Shown one piece after another: positions 33,582-45,899 of a DNA stretch of 64,000 nt. Each line of letters starts with the position of its first letter. Positions within the stretch are counted from its first letter, which is position 1. The notes beneath the pieces are model-generated. The model worked only from the letters and a program-made list of their open reading frames with translations. It did not search any database and had not been told where the DNA came from. The DNA is from Vitrella brassicaformis CCMP3155 (Eukaryota > Protista > Chromerida), in NCBI GenBank assembly GCA_001179505.1, contig CDMY01000212.1:1-64000 (forward strand), given 5' to 3'. A program made the translations under genes and the position numbers.

Positions 33582-33909
33582 TCCTGTCTGTACATAAAGC
33601 ACTGATGACCACTCTACAGTGCTTTATGTACCGCCAGAAGGCGACCGTTAACGCACAGACTTCCTTCAGCTTTGACTTGATATTTGTGTGAGCGTCTGTG
33701 AAGCAGCATCTCGAAGACCTCTCAAAAAGATGCTGCCATTGTTTGGGAATCATTCTAATCCCGTCTTGATAATGGCTGAAATTCAGCGATGAGTAGGAAT
33801 AGCACAGTGCACTCCCAACCAGTAACACGTCATGACATTTCGTCTCAAGCGTGGTGGACGGAAATCAGCATTGAAGATTCGCCCATCCATATAGAACGCT
33901 GCCGTCTCT

Positions 33910-35290
33910 GAGGTGATCGGCCCCTCCTTCTCCCTCCCCTCTCTCCAGGACCTTCTCTCGAGACCGCAGGTTCGGCTACAGCAGCGCCTGACCGATCAAC
34001 TGCACAAGTTCCCCTTCAACGAGCTCTTCAACTCCCTCTCCCCCGACAGCAGAGCCCGCGCCCGTCTTCTGAGCTGCCAAGGGCCTCTTTCGTCTGGTTG
34101 GCTGTCAGCAATCCCTTCCAGCGATAGCAAGATACTGAACAATTTCCAGTATCGTCATGCCGTCGCCGGGTGTCTCGGCTTTGCCGTCCCGCACGCAACC
34201 GTCTCGCAGCGATGCATCTGCGGCGGGGAGGTCGGCAATTTTGGCGATCACTACTACGTGTCTCACACGGGCCGTGAGCGGGTCACGAAACACAGCAACA
34301 TGCGCAACTTGTTTGTTCGCATCCTGGCTGAGGCAGCTGTTCTTTCCAATGTGGAGGTGTCTCTGCACAGCCTCGGCATCACCCCGCCTGACGACAGCCC
34401 CAACAGCTAGCGGATGGACATCTATTGTGTGATCGACGGCAGTGACTACCCCTGCCGGCCTGACGACTCCCTCACTCCCTTCCACCCAACAGTCAGCCGG
34501 CGCAGTGCACAGCTTCCGGGTGGCAAGGCGGCGCAGCTTGCGGAGAATGACAAGATCGACAAGTATGGCCCGACCGCCCAAGCAGCCGGCTTCCGCTTTG
34601 TGCCTCTCGCTGCGGAGACATTCGGCAGATGGGGAGAGAAGACCATGGACTTTCTCAAGATGCTCGCCAAGCGGAAGCCCCGCCCCACATCCATTCCCAC
34701 GGAGGAGGACACAGCTTTCCGAGAGAGCGTCAACAACCATTGGAGCCAGCTTCTGTCCGTCGAGCTGATGAAGCACAACGCGTTTCGAGTGGCGAGTCGT
34801 GCGCAGCGCGCGGCGGCCGCCAGAGGGCCACGGAGGGCCAGCGCGTTTCTTGAGGATGTTATGGTGTGCTTGTGATAGCCACTTGGGGGTGGTGCTTCTG
34901 CAGTCAGAGAGACATTGGTGTGAGGCGTGCATGGCGAGTCTCTGGCAGCCTCGTGAGGGAGGCCTTTGCATTGGCCTCGAGAGCATTGCAAATACGGCCT
35001 CTTGTCGTTCTCACCGGCTTGACAGCCATGGATGCACGACGCGCACACACATCAAGGAGCACAGGAGGGTGCATGTTTGTCTGGGGTGGTCCGTGCTCGT
35101 TTGTCTTTTGCGTTGGCACGCAGTGCGAGTTTGTGTGTGCGTGGTGGGCGACGCCACTGGAGGATTCGCCAGGCGGGCGCTGAGGATGGTGCTGCATGTT
35201 TGTCGCGTGAGTGAGAGTTGGTCGATTGATACAGTCCATTTCATGAGACCGACAGACTTTTCCTGTCGTTCTGCTATGTGTTAGTCCATC
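33910..35290 (+). mobile_element. 5'-truncated non-LTR retrotransposon with Zn-knuckle and restriction-like endonuclease C-terminus (CRE/R2-like), with an in-frame TAG at 34408-34410
   Basis: SSGWLSAIP, CICG..GDH..., then RMD...ENDKIDKY...FVPLAAETFGRWG, the typical RLE domain. It is followed by a long 3' non-coding region that has a second copy at about 5993-6200. Confidence 0.85.
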
Positions 35291-36945
35291 TCCCCCCACC
35301 TGCACACGAGTGGACCGCAACATATATTGCAATGGCAGACACACACTGACGACAGTCGAGTGTATGCACAGACGCGAAAAGCAACCCACGTCACACGACT
35401 TCTGAGTCCCTGATAGGCGGGAAGCCGTGGTTTCGTCGAATAAAGCGGAAAGGGAGGAACATGTATTCTCTGCATGTGCGCACGTTTTCAGAATTTTTTC
35501 TTGTGACAGTGCGTTTCTCGTCTGCGTGACCTGTTGAAATGTGAGAGCTTGCTATCTGAAGTATTACATTGTAATGAAGTGATTTTGCGAGACGATGGCA
35601 TTCATGAACTATTTACCTTGCCCTACATCGGTCAACACGCTCCACTGACTGTTCCTTTTTTTAGAGACCACACTATATATTCACACACACCGCGCATCAG
35701 TGCAACGTCATACCACACGTTCGCCACGCTATCCATGCTCGTTTCACATCCGGATGGTGTGAGCTAAGAAAGTGTCCCACGCGCAACCTTGGGTCAAAGA
35801 CCCAGGACACACGTACACACTCCTTGTCTGCACACGAACTGAAGCGAGGGCACCCACACGATCAGCCAGACTCCTCCCTGCGATCTAATTGCTGCGATCA
35901 ACAACCCCCGTCTCCTCCCCTCCCCAAGACCGGAGGAAATACTTACAGAAATGTAGTGGAAAGTATCATGCAGGAGGGCACACAGAGAGAGGAGGGCAAT
36001 ACACATTTGCCGCCTATCTGCCTGCCTACATCTCAGGCGCACAGGGACGAGATATGCACTTATGACATGTCTCTAAGCGAAAAGTCACCAAATCACGAAA
36101 GCGAGAGCACAGCCAGCACCTACCCAACATCCTTCTCTCCAGCACCCGCCCCTTGCCACCATTTGACGCCAGCGAAGGTGGAACCACCTCCACAACTGGC
36201 AACTGACCACTAGAAACTGACCGCTACGTGAAATTACTAAGAGTGAGCTTCGACTGTGAATGAATGAATAGAAAGTATGACGAGACAGCTGTGCACCACT
36301 CGTACGTGAAGATGAAATCTACGACAAAATCTACGATAAGACGTTTGCCAGCCTCTGCCTAGACGTAGCACAGCGATACAAACGCCACTGCCTGTGTGGG
36401 GCTCTCAAGCAGAGTATAGGCAGGGACGCAGGACACATACAATTCTTCTCTGTACACGAAAAATCAGAGCACGGTCACGGTCTGCAGTCTACAGAGAAAA
36501 ACACCAGAATGGAATCAGTCCCCCGATAACACACAAAGGAAATGGCGGCGAATGTGGTGGGAAAGAATCATGCAGGCACACAGAAAGCAAAACACATGTG
36601 TGAGACAACCTCTTTAGGCAGCCAGCCACTGTCTGCAATCAACGTCCGAATCTCGGATGGAGTAAAAAAGCAAGACCCAAAATCTGGAGGGTGGTGAAGG
36701 CAGTCGTGCGCTCCCGGACAAACGGGATCGTCAAGCACACAGAGGTGTAGGAAACGGAAGGTGGAGAAGACAAGGACAAAACGACAGCCGCAATAGTGAG
36801 ACAGCAGGGGGGGTATAGGGTTAGGCTCGTCACGACGGAGATGGACATTTAGCCTCATCACGACGATGAGCCCGAGAATGTCAAAATCAACCGTATCCAC
36901 AGCATCCCAACAAGAGGGGGCTGTGACCGACCATAGAGCGTCGGA

Positions 36946-38340
36946 TCAATTCTGCTTTCTGTGCTTCTGTTCCTTCTTGCCCTTCTTGTGGTTCTTATGC
37001 TTCTCCAACATCTTCTCGAAGCATAAGAACCATAAGACCGGCCCTCTTCTCTTTCCTTTCGCATTTGCCGCACAGTTAGCGGGCTACACATCACACGACA
37101 TAGGATGCATATCTATTCCTCCTGTCATGTAACTCACCCCGCAACCGGCAAGGCCTAAGCCGGGTTCATTTCGCTTCCCCTTATTCGCCCTGCTGTTCAA
37201 TATGACCTTGCCCTTCGCCTGGCCAAGCACGCCAATCCAGAAGAATAGAGCGCCCTTTCGGTTGTTGTTGAAGTCGTCGGGGTCCAGGCTGCAAACATAT
37301 CGACCGTTGCTTGCAAGAACGCAAGCAAATGTGTATCGCCTTGAGGCGTACCAGCACGAGCCAATGCTGTAAAATAACGCCGCACCGTCCGTGCCGTCCG
37401 AAAAAATTCAGTGGCAGGGCAGGTGCCTGGCAAGACAACACAAGGCAAGGAACATACGACAAAAGCTGGCATGACGTAACCACTGACCACTGCAGCACTC
37501 CTGGTTGTTGAAGCCGAAGATTACATGATCCTCGAACTGAAGAGACAAGCACATGCAGAAAATGAAGACATACATTATTGTCACTTACGTCATCGTCACT
37601 GTCTGGGTGGATACTAATCTGCGCAGCGCGACAAGGACATGATGTTTGTTGATGTATCGGATCGATGTTCACTGAGTTTACTTAGCTTACCTCCCACGCG
37701 ACGTCGATGACGAAATCTGGACCCTCCCCCGACAAGGATGCCTTGACGACATCTTCGCGCTCCCCATCCTCGTTGACGACGAGGAAGTTCTGTCGAGAGA
37801 CTACCGCGTCGCGCAACGTAGGGTCGCAAATGTCAACTTTGCGTCCTCAGGAGGGTCGTTAAAGAAGCTGAAGAAGTCTGCATCACACACAGAAGGAAAA
37901 ATTGGCTTCCTCTGCCTAGGATCCCGCCTCACCAATGCCACATATGCTAGCTGGTATAGCTGGTGGATGTGGCTCGGGGACAGGGTACTCAGCCGGGGTT
38001 ATGTCGATGCTCTTATCGACATAACCTTGACAGGCACATCAACGAGGCAGGCATAGAAGGCGAAGAGGAAACATGTACGTGTGTGTACCAGGCAAGCGGA
38101 CTGGGGTAGTGTCGAGGAATTTGACGACCGCCACATCGCCATCCTCTTCCAGGCTGTCGACGAGTGGGGTATAAAGGTCGAAGAAGCCATCCTTCACTGT
38201 AGTAACGGAGTCTGGGCACGTTAGCTGCGGCCAAACCCACCAGAAATGACCTCTTCTGAAGAAACCGTCACTGTGTTAACTTGCCTTACCTTCGTCCCAG
38301 ACTCCTCCTCAGGCGGATCCAACAGGGCTTCGGTGTTCTA
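36946..38340 (-). pseudogene. Multi-exon acidic/Cys-rich hypothetical gene with two apparent 1-nt frameshifts at homopolymers
   Basis: GT-AG exons join as LTCPDSVTTVKDGFFDLYTP...DVAWE|ISIHPDSDDD|FEDHVIFGFNNQECCSGTCPAT...SCC|NGRYVCSLD...KHRKQN*. One base must be added near 37838 and one near 37403. Confidence 0.5.
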
Positions 38341-38966
38341 ATGATGCACATCATTCCCTGAATCATTCGTGACTCTTTATGTTCTCGTGTCTTCAGTTGC
38401 TGCTGGCGCGGGGGGCAGTCTGCAGCACGCAAGGTAAGAGAGCGCGTGGGGACACCATGCCTTTACTCTTACTTGAGAAGAAACACTCGCCATCCAAGGA
38501 TTGCTTCATGGCAATATCGTCCCTCAAAGCCCGATGGAAACGCCAAACGTCGACGAAACACATTCCGCTGCGGTACAATCCTCCTCTAGCACTTCGTTTC
38601 CGGCAGAGGATGGGATGCAACGCTCGTCCATCGAATTATGTCTCCGCTCATCTTAGCGATCGTGGTCGTACTCAGGGCTGCGTGCCCTCGCGAATTCGCA
38701 GTTGTGCACGCCGTCGATTTGATTTTGTGTGTCTCGGCCAATGCGCGTTCCGGGGACGCTGGGGGAGAACGAAGCTCTCTTCGTCGGAGTGCAGCAGCGC
38801 CAATTTAGCGGTCTTAAGCATGCCATCGCCGATTTGCGGCTGCTTAGACTATTGACTTACACGTCTTGACCTGGGCGCGCCGTGGGGCACGATGTCTTGT
38901 CCGTCGCTTCACAACATTCAAGGCAGCGCGCTCGTGTCAGGTCCATTGTGCAATTGCCATTGTGCG

Positions 38967-39045
38967 TCGATGGGCCTCGCCGCGAACGCGGCTCGACGAA
39001 CGGTTACGAGGGGGGAGGGGCCCCCGAGTAATGGGAGGCGATCGG
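38967..39045. repeat. Inverted repeat, left copy (right copy 44450-44528)
   Basis: GTTACGAGGGGGGAGGGGCCCCCGAGTAATGGGAGGCGATCGG is matched exactly by the reverse complement at about 44450-44492, with looser extension beyond. Confidence 0.9.
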
Positions 39046-42000
39046 GAAGGGACACCAGGCAAAATGTTGCACCAAAGTCGATTATATACACTAAACCAGT
39101 GATCGCGATTGGCCACGGGCTGAGGTTTAGGGTAGACCGTGAAAGGGAGGTTGCAAGAGCCACGACGATTTGACTGTATTTTGCAAGGATCCGGGGAGAG
39201 CGAATGAGGAGGACTCAGTCATTAGCGGTAGAACTGGTCCAGAAGCCGACCATCGACTGTTTTTGATGGGTGATTGCAGTGAACTCACATCCTGTGAAGT
39301 CAGATGTTTGTGCGGACCATGCAATGTTGCCCCCTCCCCCTTGAACGGGGGAGGGGGCTCCTTGAACGGGGGAGGGGGCTTCAAAAAACAAGCTTCGATG
39401 GGTCAATGTTCATAGGTGGGAGACACTATGACAGTCGCACACACATTGCAGTTGGAAAGCCGTCTGAAGACTCGTTGTGCTGGGGGGAGAGGCAGACAGA
39501 CAAAGTTGGGCCTTGCACGCGCGAGTACATGCCAAGAAAGCATGAATTCACCTCATGCTTCCTCCTCGATCATTAAGTCCGAGTCGATTTCGGGTGCATC
39601 GTCGGGCGAGACCATACGTCTTCACAATCTCATGTTCTGCGTGTGTCACAAAGTGTGGCTGCGTCACGCGCCGGCTCGTGGGCGAAGGTATGGGTGTTGT
39701 GGAGCTGCGCGCCTTCCGTCGATCTCAGTTGGGATTAACAAAAGCCTCCGTCCAATCGTTTGTCCTCTGCCGTGCGAGGCTCGGTCTTGTTATCGGTGCG
39801 AGGGTGTGTGGCTTATCGAGTCGAGACGCGAGTCGACGACGAAGACGCAACGATAGTGCGTGCTCTGTCGAGCGGAAGGGGAGAAGTCGTCGTCAAACGG
39901 GATTCCTTTTTATTGTCGCGTCGGCGTCGGAGAGGTCTTCGACAGGTCTCGTATTGTCGCATCGCCCCTATCATCTCTGCGAAGATCTCTTTCGTCGTCA
40001 TCGTTGTGAAGCTCTGTTTCTTGTTCAGCCCCTTCCCTTGTCTGTTGCAGCGAGCTAACCCTATGATGAATGCAACTCGGCGTGTTTGTTGGGGGACAAC
40101 GAATTCATGGCGAGGCGAAGCGGCATGTCCCGTGCGTCTCTGGCTACGCACCGGTCGACTGTCGGGCACGTGCCCGGGCGCGATTGTGTCGCCCTCTATC
40201 GACACAGCCACGTCGTCGAGGGGAAGCGAGGGTTTCTCACCAACTCACTGTCTGTGAGCTTATCGTGCGTGTGCGCCACGTCATCGATTTCAAGGTCCTA
40301 GCTGTATGCTCAGTCTCTGACACGACTATTGGCGTCCTGAGGCTCAAAGCTACTGCGTCGTGTCGTCTCGTGCAGCTACTAACAGCTGTCGATGGTACTT
40401 GATCGTCGTGGGATTTGGGCGTATATTGTGGTCGTCGTATGAGGGCCGCATGCCTCTGCTGTCGTTGGCAACCTCGTTTCTCGACCTGTGAAGCCTCGCT
40501 ATCCTCATTCATGATCCATAACGTCTTCCGGTCCGTCAACGAGACATACCTCCCCAGCTGCCTGAGCTTTTTCTCTGCGCTTTCGATCGTGACCATGCTG
40601 CCTGACAAAGTGGCGCATGATTGCGGAGTCGTACTATTTTTTACGCGTTGGGTCTCTCGCATCTCTCGTGTCTCTCGTGTCTCTCGTTTCTCTTCAATGC
40701 CTGGACGCTTTGGGCTTGCTCATCGCAACCAATAGCATCGTTGTAGCCCTCCGCCCGCACGGTTCCAAGAGGCAAATGGCCGTGTAGGGGCCCCTTTTTT
40801 CCCAGGTTTTCCTGTTAGGCCGTCCAGTTCCCATCTATGGCTTCGCCATCCCGCGACTCCCTTCATTCATACACTAAGTGCCCCTCCTTAATCGGCCATG
40901 CCTGCTCATCGCCAGAGCGTCACAGGGACGAGGCATGTCGAGCTAGGCTGCATTCACCTCCGCCTGCAATTGCACAGTATGCAGGATCCAGCACTGAGCG
41001 TCGGGAACATCCCACGCGTGAAGCAACACGACCCCTGTCGCGATGCAGAAGTCCCCCAATCTCCCCTAAGGAATCGATGATCAGCTGGGACATGGCAGAA
41101 GGGATCGGTGTCAGGTCGTGAGAGACGTCGGTGGCCATCAAGATGGCCACCTTTACCTTCACCAGCGGCGGCTGGTTTCCGTGCGGGGCTATCTTCCGTT
41201 TCCCGATGTGGTTAGAGTGCATACGCACTCCTGCCGGCATGTAAGGTATTTCAGAGTCTGTTCCAGGTCGTCTCGTCTATACAATCATGCAAGAGTCTTC
41301 ATGTAATATGTCATCTCGTCACGAACGGCTCCTCCTCCTCTACGGGGTTTCCACCCCTGTTGCTCCGTGACCTTTTCTTTATCGTCCGTTACGTGCGATT
41401 CTTCATCCACACGCATTGAAAGCCTTGGTCAGGTCTGTCTGGGCATCATCAAAATCGCCATGGGGCTGCGGCATCACGCGCCACGGTGCCTCACATGGGT
41501 CGTCACTTCCATGAACCGCGCCTCGCCATCCGTCCATCGTTCGCACCCTCACATTCTTTCATGCATCCGTCAACAGACCTTAAAGAAGTGAGTGGTCAGC
41601 CTCAGTAGCCATCCGTTTCCGTCAGCAGCATCAGCATCATCGCCACCCGCAGCCCCTGACTCCTTCGCTCTCACATGCTCTCACTCTCTCTCACGCTCTC
41701 TCGCTCTCTCGTGCCCGTCAGCCCACGACATATGCACCCCTGATACCCTCCATATCCTCCGTGGTTGAGCACTTCGCCTGGCATCAGGCTCGGCTCGTTG
41801 ATGGCATCCCCGGCAGACTTCGGCAGTTTCGACTAGCACATGGGCAGACTCCCTGTCAGATGGGCAAGCCCATCAGACAGGTGAAGGGAAGGAGAGCCGT
41901 CCCGTGGGTGTCTAGTCGCTCATCATGGCGCCCTCGCCTGCGGTCTTCGGCCCCTGCTGGCCGGCTGGGATGATCACGGTGGGGTGAGGTGTTGGACGGA

Positions 42001-43058
42001 GAGACACGGAGACACCGCTCCGTGCAGTGGGCTTGCTGACGACGGTTGAGAGCACAAGTACCTCTGGGGGGCACGGAAGGCTCGGATGCTTGAAATCGAC
42101 TAAGACAAAAGATGGATCTCGATGGGTCGGAAAATGGATGACCAGATGAAGCAAATGCGGCAGGAATGGGTCCTTTCGATAAGGAAGTCCTTACTCGATA
42201 AGGACTTACTTACTCGCGATAAGGGGTTCCTAACTCATAATGGTTTCACGATGCGAGCTTACGGACCTAAAGCGCCACACCCATTTTTCTTGTCTGAGAA
42301 AAGGACTCATCGCTTCGCTTTTTCCTTTCAGAATTGTGAAAGACGAGGGCTACAATCGTGAGTCGTCGAGTGCAAGCGAGCGGGGGTTGCGTGCGCTGGT
42401 GTGCGACCGAATGTGCCGAAACGTCTTACTTCTTCCCCGCGGCTGCTCCAGAATCCGCGCGCCCGTCACTCTGTCGCCTAATCCCGATGTTCCACTCGTG
42501 TTGTCGTGGACCAGTCACAATTGCCTCACTGTCTTCGCATCGGCGGCGGCGCTCACGAGTCATAATGACTGCCAATCCATTCTGTCTCTCGCCGCGCCTT
42601 CTTGCGCCACGCCGACAATCAGAGATTGCCGAGACCTGCCTGTGCGTCTGCACCTTCCAACCGTCGGGGCCGTCGATGAATCACAGCATCGAACACATAG
42701 TGTATCCATCCGTTATGAGTCGTCCGTATCGTGTACGTATTTTGACTCATGCAAATCGTTATAGGAAGCATCGAAGAGGATGGCGGCGAGCTTTGGTGGA
42801 GCTCGCGGCGAGTGAACGGCAGCACGCGAACTGGCATTGTGTCTTCCTCCCCCCCCTTGGCTTTCACTTTGTTGTATTGCGTGTTATTGACTCACACATG
42901 AGTGTTTGTCTGATGGATGCAGACGAAAGCTTAACGTGTCTCTGTTTCGCTACGTGTCTCTGTTGCAACCAGCATATACCTTTACGTGCACATGGTGCAG
43001 GCTTGTGTCTGGAGTGACTGGCTCGAGTTGCTGTCTTGTCTGCTTGTGTTTTGTATGT

Positions 43059-43382
43059 CTAAGTCTGGCGGAGCATGGCGAGCAGGACATTGGTGAGCAT
43101 TGCCATGTTTTCAAAGGCGTTCGTCACCTCGCCGACCAGCTTGAGAACGTCTCTTCGCCATCCCACGCATCGCTGCTCTCGAGACGGGTCCTCTTCCTCA
43201 GGCTGTTCCCGATCTTCAGAATCTTGGTCTGCCGCATCAGTCTGAAGCTCGTGAGTTTTTTTCGACGTCTCGGGCACAAAATCATCATTTGACCCGTGAC
43301 GCTTACCAGCCGACAAATCATCATCTGAGTCCAACGAGCCGTCAACAAAATCGCCACTAGACAGTGACAGCTGATCCTCCAT
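43059..43382 (-). CDS. Short acidic hypothetical ORF or exon
   Basis: MEDQLSLSSGDFVDGSLDSDDD...WRRDVLKLVGEVTNAFENMA. The composition looks coding but no family was recognised. Confidence 0.3.
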   Translation of the reverse strand: MEDQLSLSSGDFVDGSLDSDDDLSAGKRHGSNDDFVPETSKKTHELQTDAADQDSEDREQPEEEDPSREQRCVGWRRDVLKLVGEVTNAFENMAMLTNVLLAMLRQT

Positions 43383-43863
43383 AACGCTGAAAGACCCCAC
43401 ATACACACACGGATCCAGATCTGCAGCGCACAGGTGTGTGGTTGTGTAGGCTTCATCTTCACCTTATGAATGGCAGCGAATGCCGATTACCTTTCTAATC
43501 CTCGTTCTAATCGATATCCTGCGAACGCAATACGATAAATCAATCAGTGCAAAGATGACCGTACGTGATAGCTCTATACGTCTGTGGCCTACGCAGATGC
43601 AGGCGCAAGTCGAACGTGCGTTGACGATGCGAAATCAATGAGAAACTGAGCATATCCACAAGTTTCTCGAGCCACAAGTCGCCGGAAACAGCTTGAACCA
43701 CACAAAAAGGTCTCATTCACGTCTGAGGCAAGACGCATCACGAGCGCGCAGTCTCGCAAGCTCCACCGATACCAATGCCTGCCGTCCTACCGAAATGCGC
43801 TCGTCTTCCTATGCATCATCGTCTGCCTCGAAGACCTACTTGTCTGCCCTTTAACCCCCCCCC

Positions 43864-44163
43864 NNNNNNNNNNNNNNNNNNNNNNNNNNNNNNNNNNNNN
43901 NNNNNNNNNNNNNNNNNNNNNNNNNNNNNNNNNNNNNNNNNNNNNNNNNNNNNNNNNNNNNNNNNNNNNNNNNNNNNNNNNNNNNNNNNNNNNNNNNNNN
44001 NNNNNNNNNNNNNNNNNNNNNNNNNNNNNNNNNNNNNNNNNNNNNNNNNNNNNNNNNNNNNNNNNNNNNNNNNNNNNNNNNNNNNNNNNNNNNNNNNNNN
44101 NNNNNNNNNNNNNNNNNNNNNNNNNNNNNNNNNNNNNNNNNNNNNNNNNNNNNNNNNNNNNNN
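43864..44163. other. Assembly gap (300 N) flanked by a C-run and a G-run
   Basis: N run. Confidence 1.
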
Positions 44164-44449
44164 GGGGGGGGGGGGGGATTGCAGCGCTCCTCTCGTCGAA
44201 GCCACCGTAATTGCAGCCTTCCTATTCCCCAACACTCGCCGCATGCACTCAGCAAACAGACCGATAAACTTGGAACAAAGCCAATTTCCGTGCACCACAC
44301 GTGAATTCTGCCGAAACCTCTGGCGTCTCCTCTTGTCCAGCCCTTCTAAATTACGTACTCAATCTCACTCAACCTCAAGGCGACCAAAAATCACTCTCGG
44401 AAAACTGTGTATATTTGTTGCCCGCCATTTTCCTATGCTCTCCGTCTGG

Positions 44450-44528
44450 CCGATCGCCTCCCATTACTCGGGGGCCCCTCCCCCCTCGTAACAGTTCGTC
44501 GACACGCATTCGCGTGGGGTCCCATCGA
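44450..44528. repeat. Inverted repeat, right copy of 38967-39045
   Basis: See left copy. Confidence 0.9.
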
Positions 44529-45899
44529 TCCTGCGAGCTCAGAAGTTGCTCAGAAGCTCGGAAAAAAGTTCCATTCCTCCCCGTTCCAAAGGGTCTGAGG
44601 ACCCGGAATCTCTCATTGTTGTGTCATTTGCACTGTGTCCCCTGTTCCTCCCCTCCCCGTTGTATGGTGTGGACTGTGGACCGTCACGTGGGTATGGCGC
44701 ACGTCATGGCGCCTGTTGCATCACCGGTTTCCGTGTCAACAATGCTGCCTGTGTGTACATGGACGTCCATTCAATTAGTGGGACCGGTGATGTGATGAGT
44801 CTGGGCATGGCATGGTATGCATGTCGGTCTGTGCAAAAAGGCAGTGTCCACCCGACCAGCACCCCTTTCACTCACGTCATGATGATGGCAGTGTAAGCAC
44901 CCACACACCCACACACAGACCGGTGGCATCCACTCACATCAGACAAACGGACGGCTCATGCAGCCAAAAATGCACCACCGCCGCATTGCATTGCGTTGTC
45001 TGTCAACCAGCTTATGTTCACGACCACACACTCAATAGGTAGATACACACAGATGTGGCACGTACAGCAAGGGATGACTCACCCACCATCGACCCCCCTA
45101 CCTCCGCCCGTGGGGCACGCGTGAAGGCTGTCAGGCAGCGACCCCGACGCACCCTTCGGATCGTCGAAGGGTGCAACGATGTCGCGGCTCTGCTACCGAA
45201 ACACGTGCACGTGAAGGCAGCAGGGGTAATTTCACTCACCACACGTGATACAACAGCATCAGTCAAGGCGACCACCTCACCCTGACACACACACACACAC
45301 ACACATGGAAGAGACAACATGACGATTGACTCCCTCTGCCGCCTGCCTGTCTGTCTGTTCTTCCCACTCACTGACCGTCTGTTGGGTCAGCAGGTGACGC
45401 CTCGCGTCATCCACATCGCTCTCACTCAGTGTCCCTCGTGCGCCTCCGGTTATCAGGGCGCGGCGCAGCGAGGTGACGATCAACGTCGTCCGTGACAGAC
45501 CGATCATTCGTTCGTGTGTCCCTTTCCTAGCTATGTGTGGCTCATTCTATGCAATAGTGACCAGACATTCGCACGTCCGTTCTATACAAGAGTCAGACCA
45601 AACCATTCACACACTTAGCAGCCGCCGACATAGGCAGTCAGTCGTGCACACACAACGTATACTATGCAGTCCAGTAAGCCATGGAAGAGCACGAACCAGC
45701 GGGAAGACAGTGGTCCATCAGAAAAAAAAGAAGGAAAAGAACGTCCACCACTAGCTTCCCTCCCTCCCTCACCCCGTATCCCCCTCCCCTCCTTTTCTCC
45801 TCCTCCTTGCCACGCCGCTTTCACCCGCGCTCTCCCGTCTTGCACGGTCGCCCGCCGGGCCGCCTGTGGGCAGCAAAGATGATGGTCCACCACGCAAAC

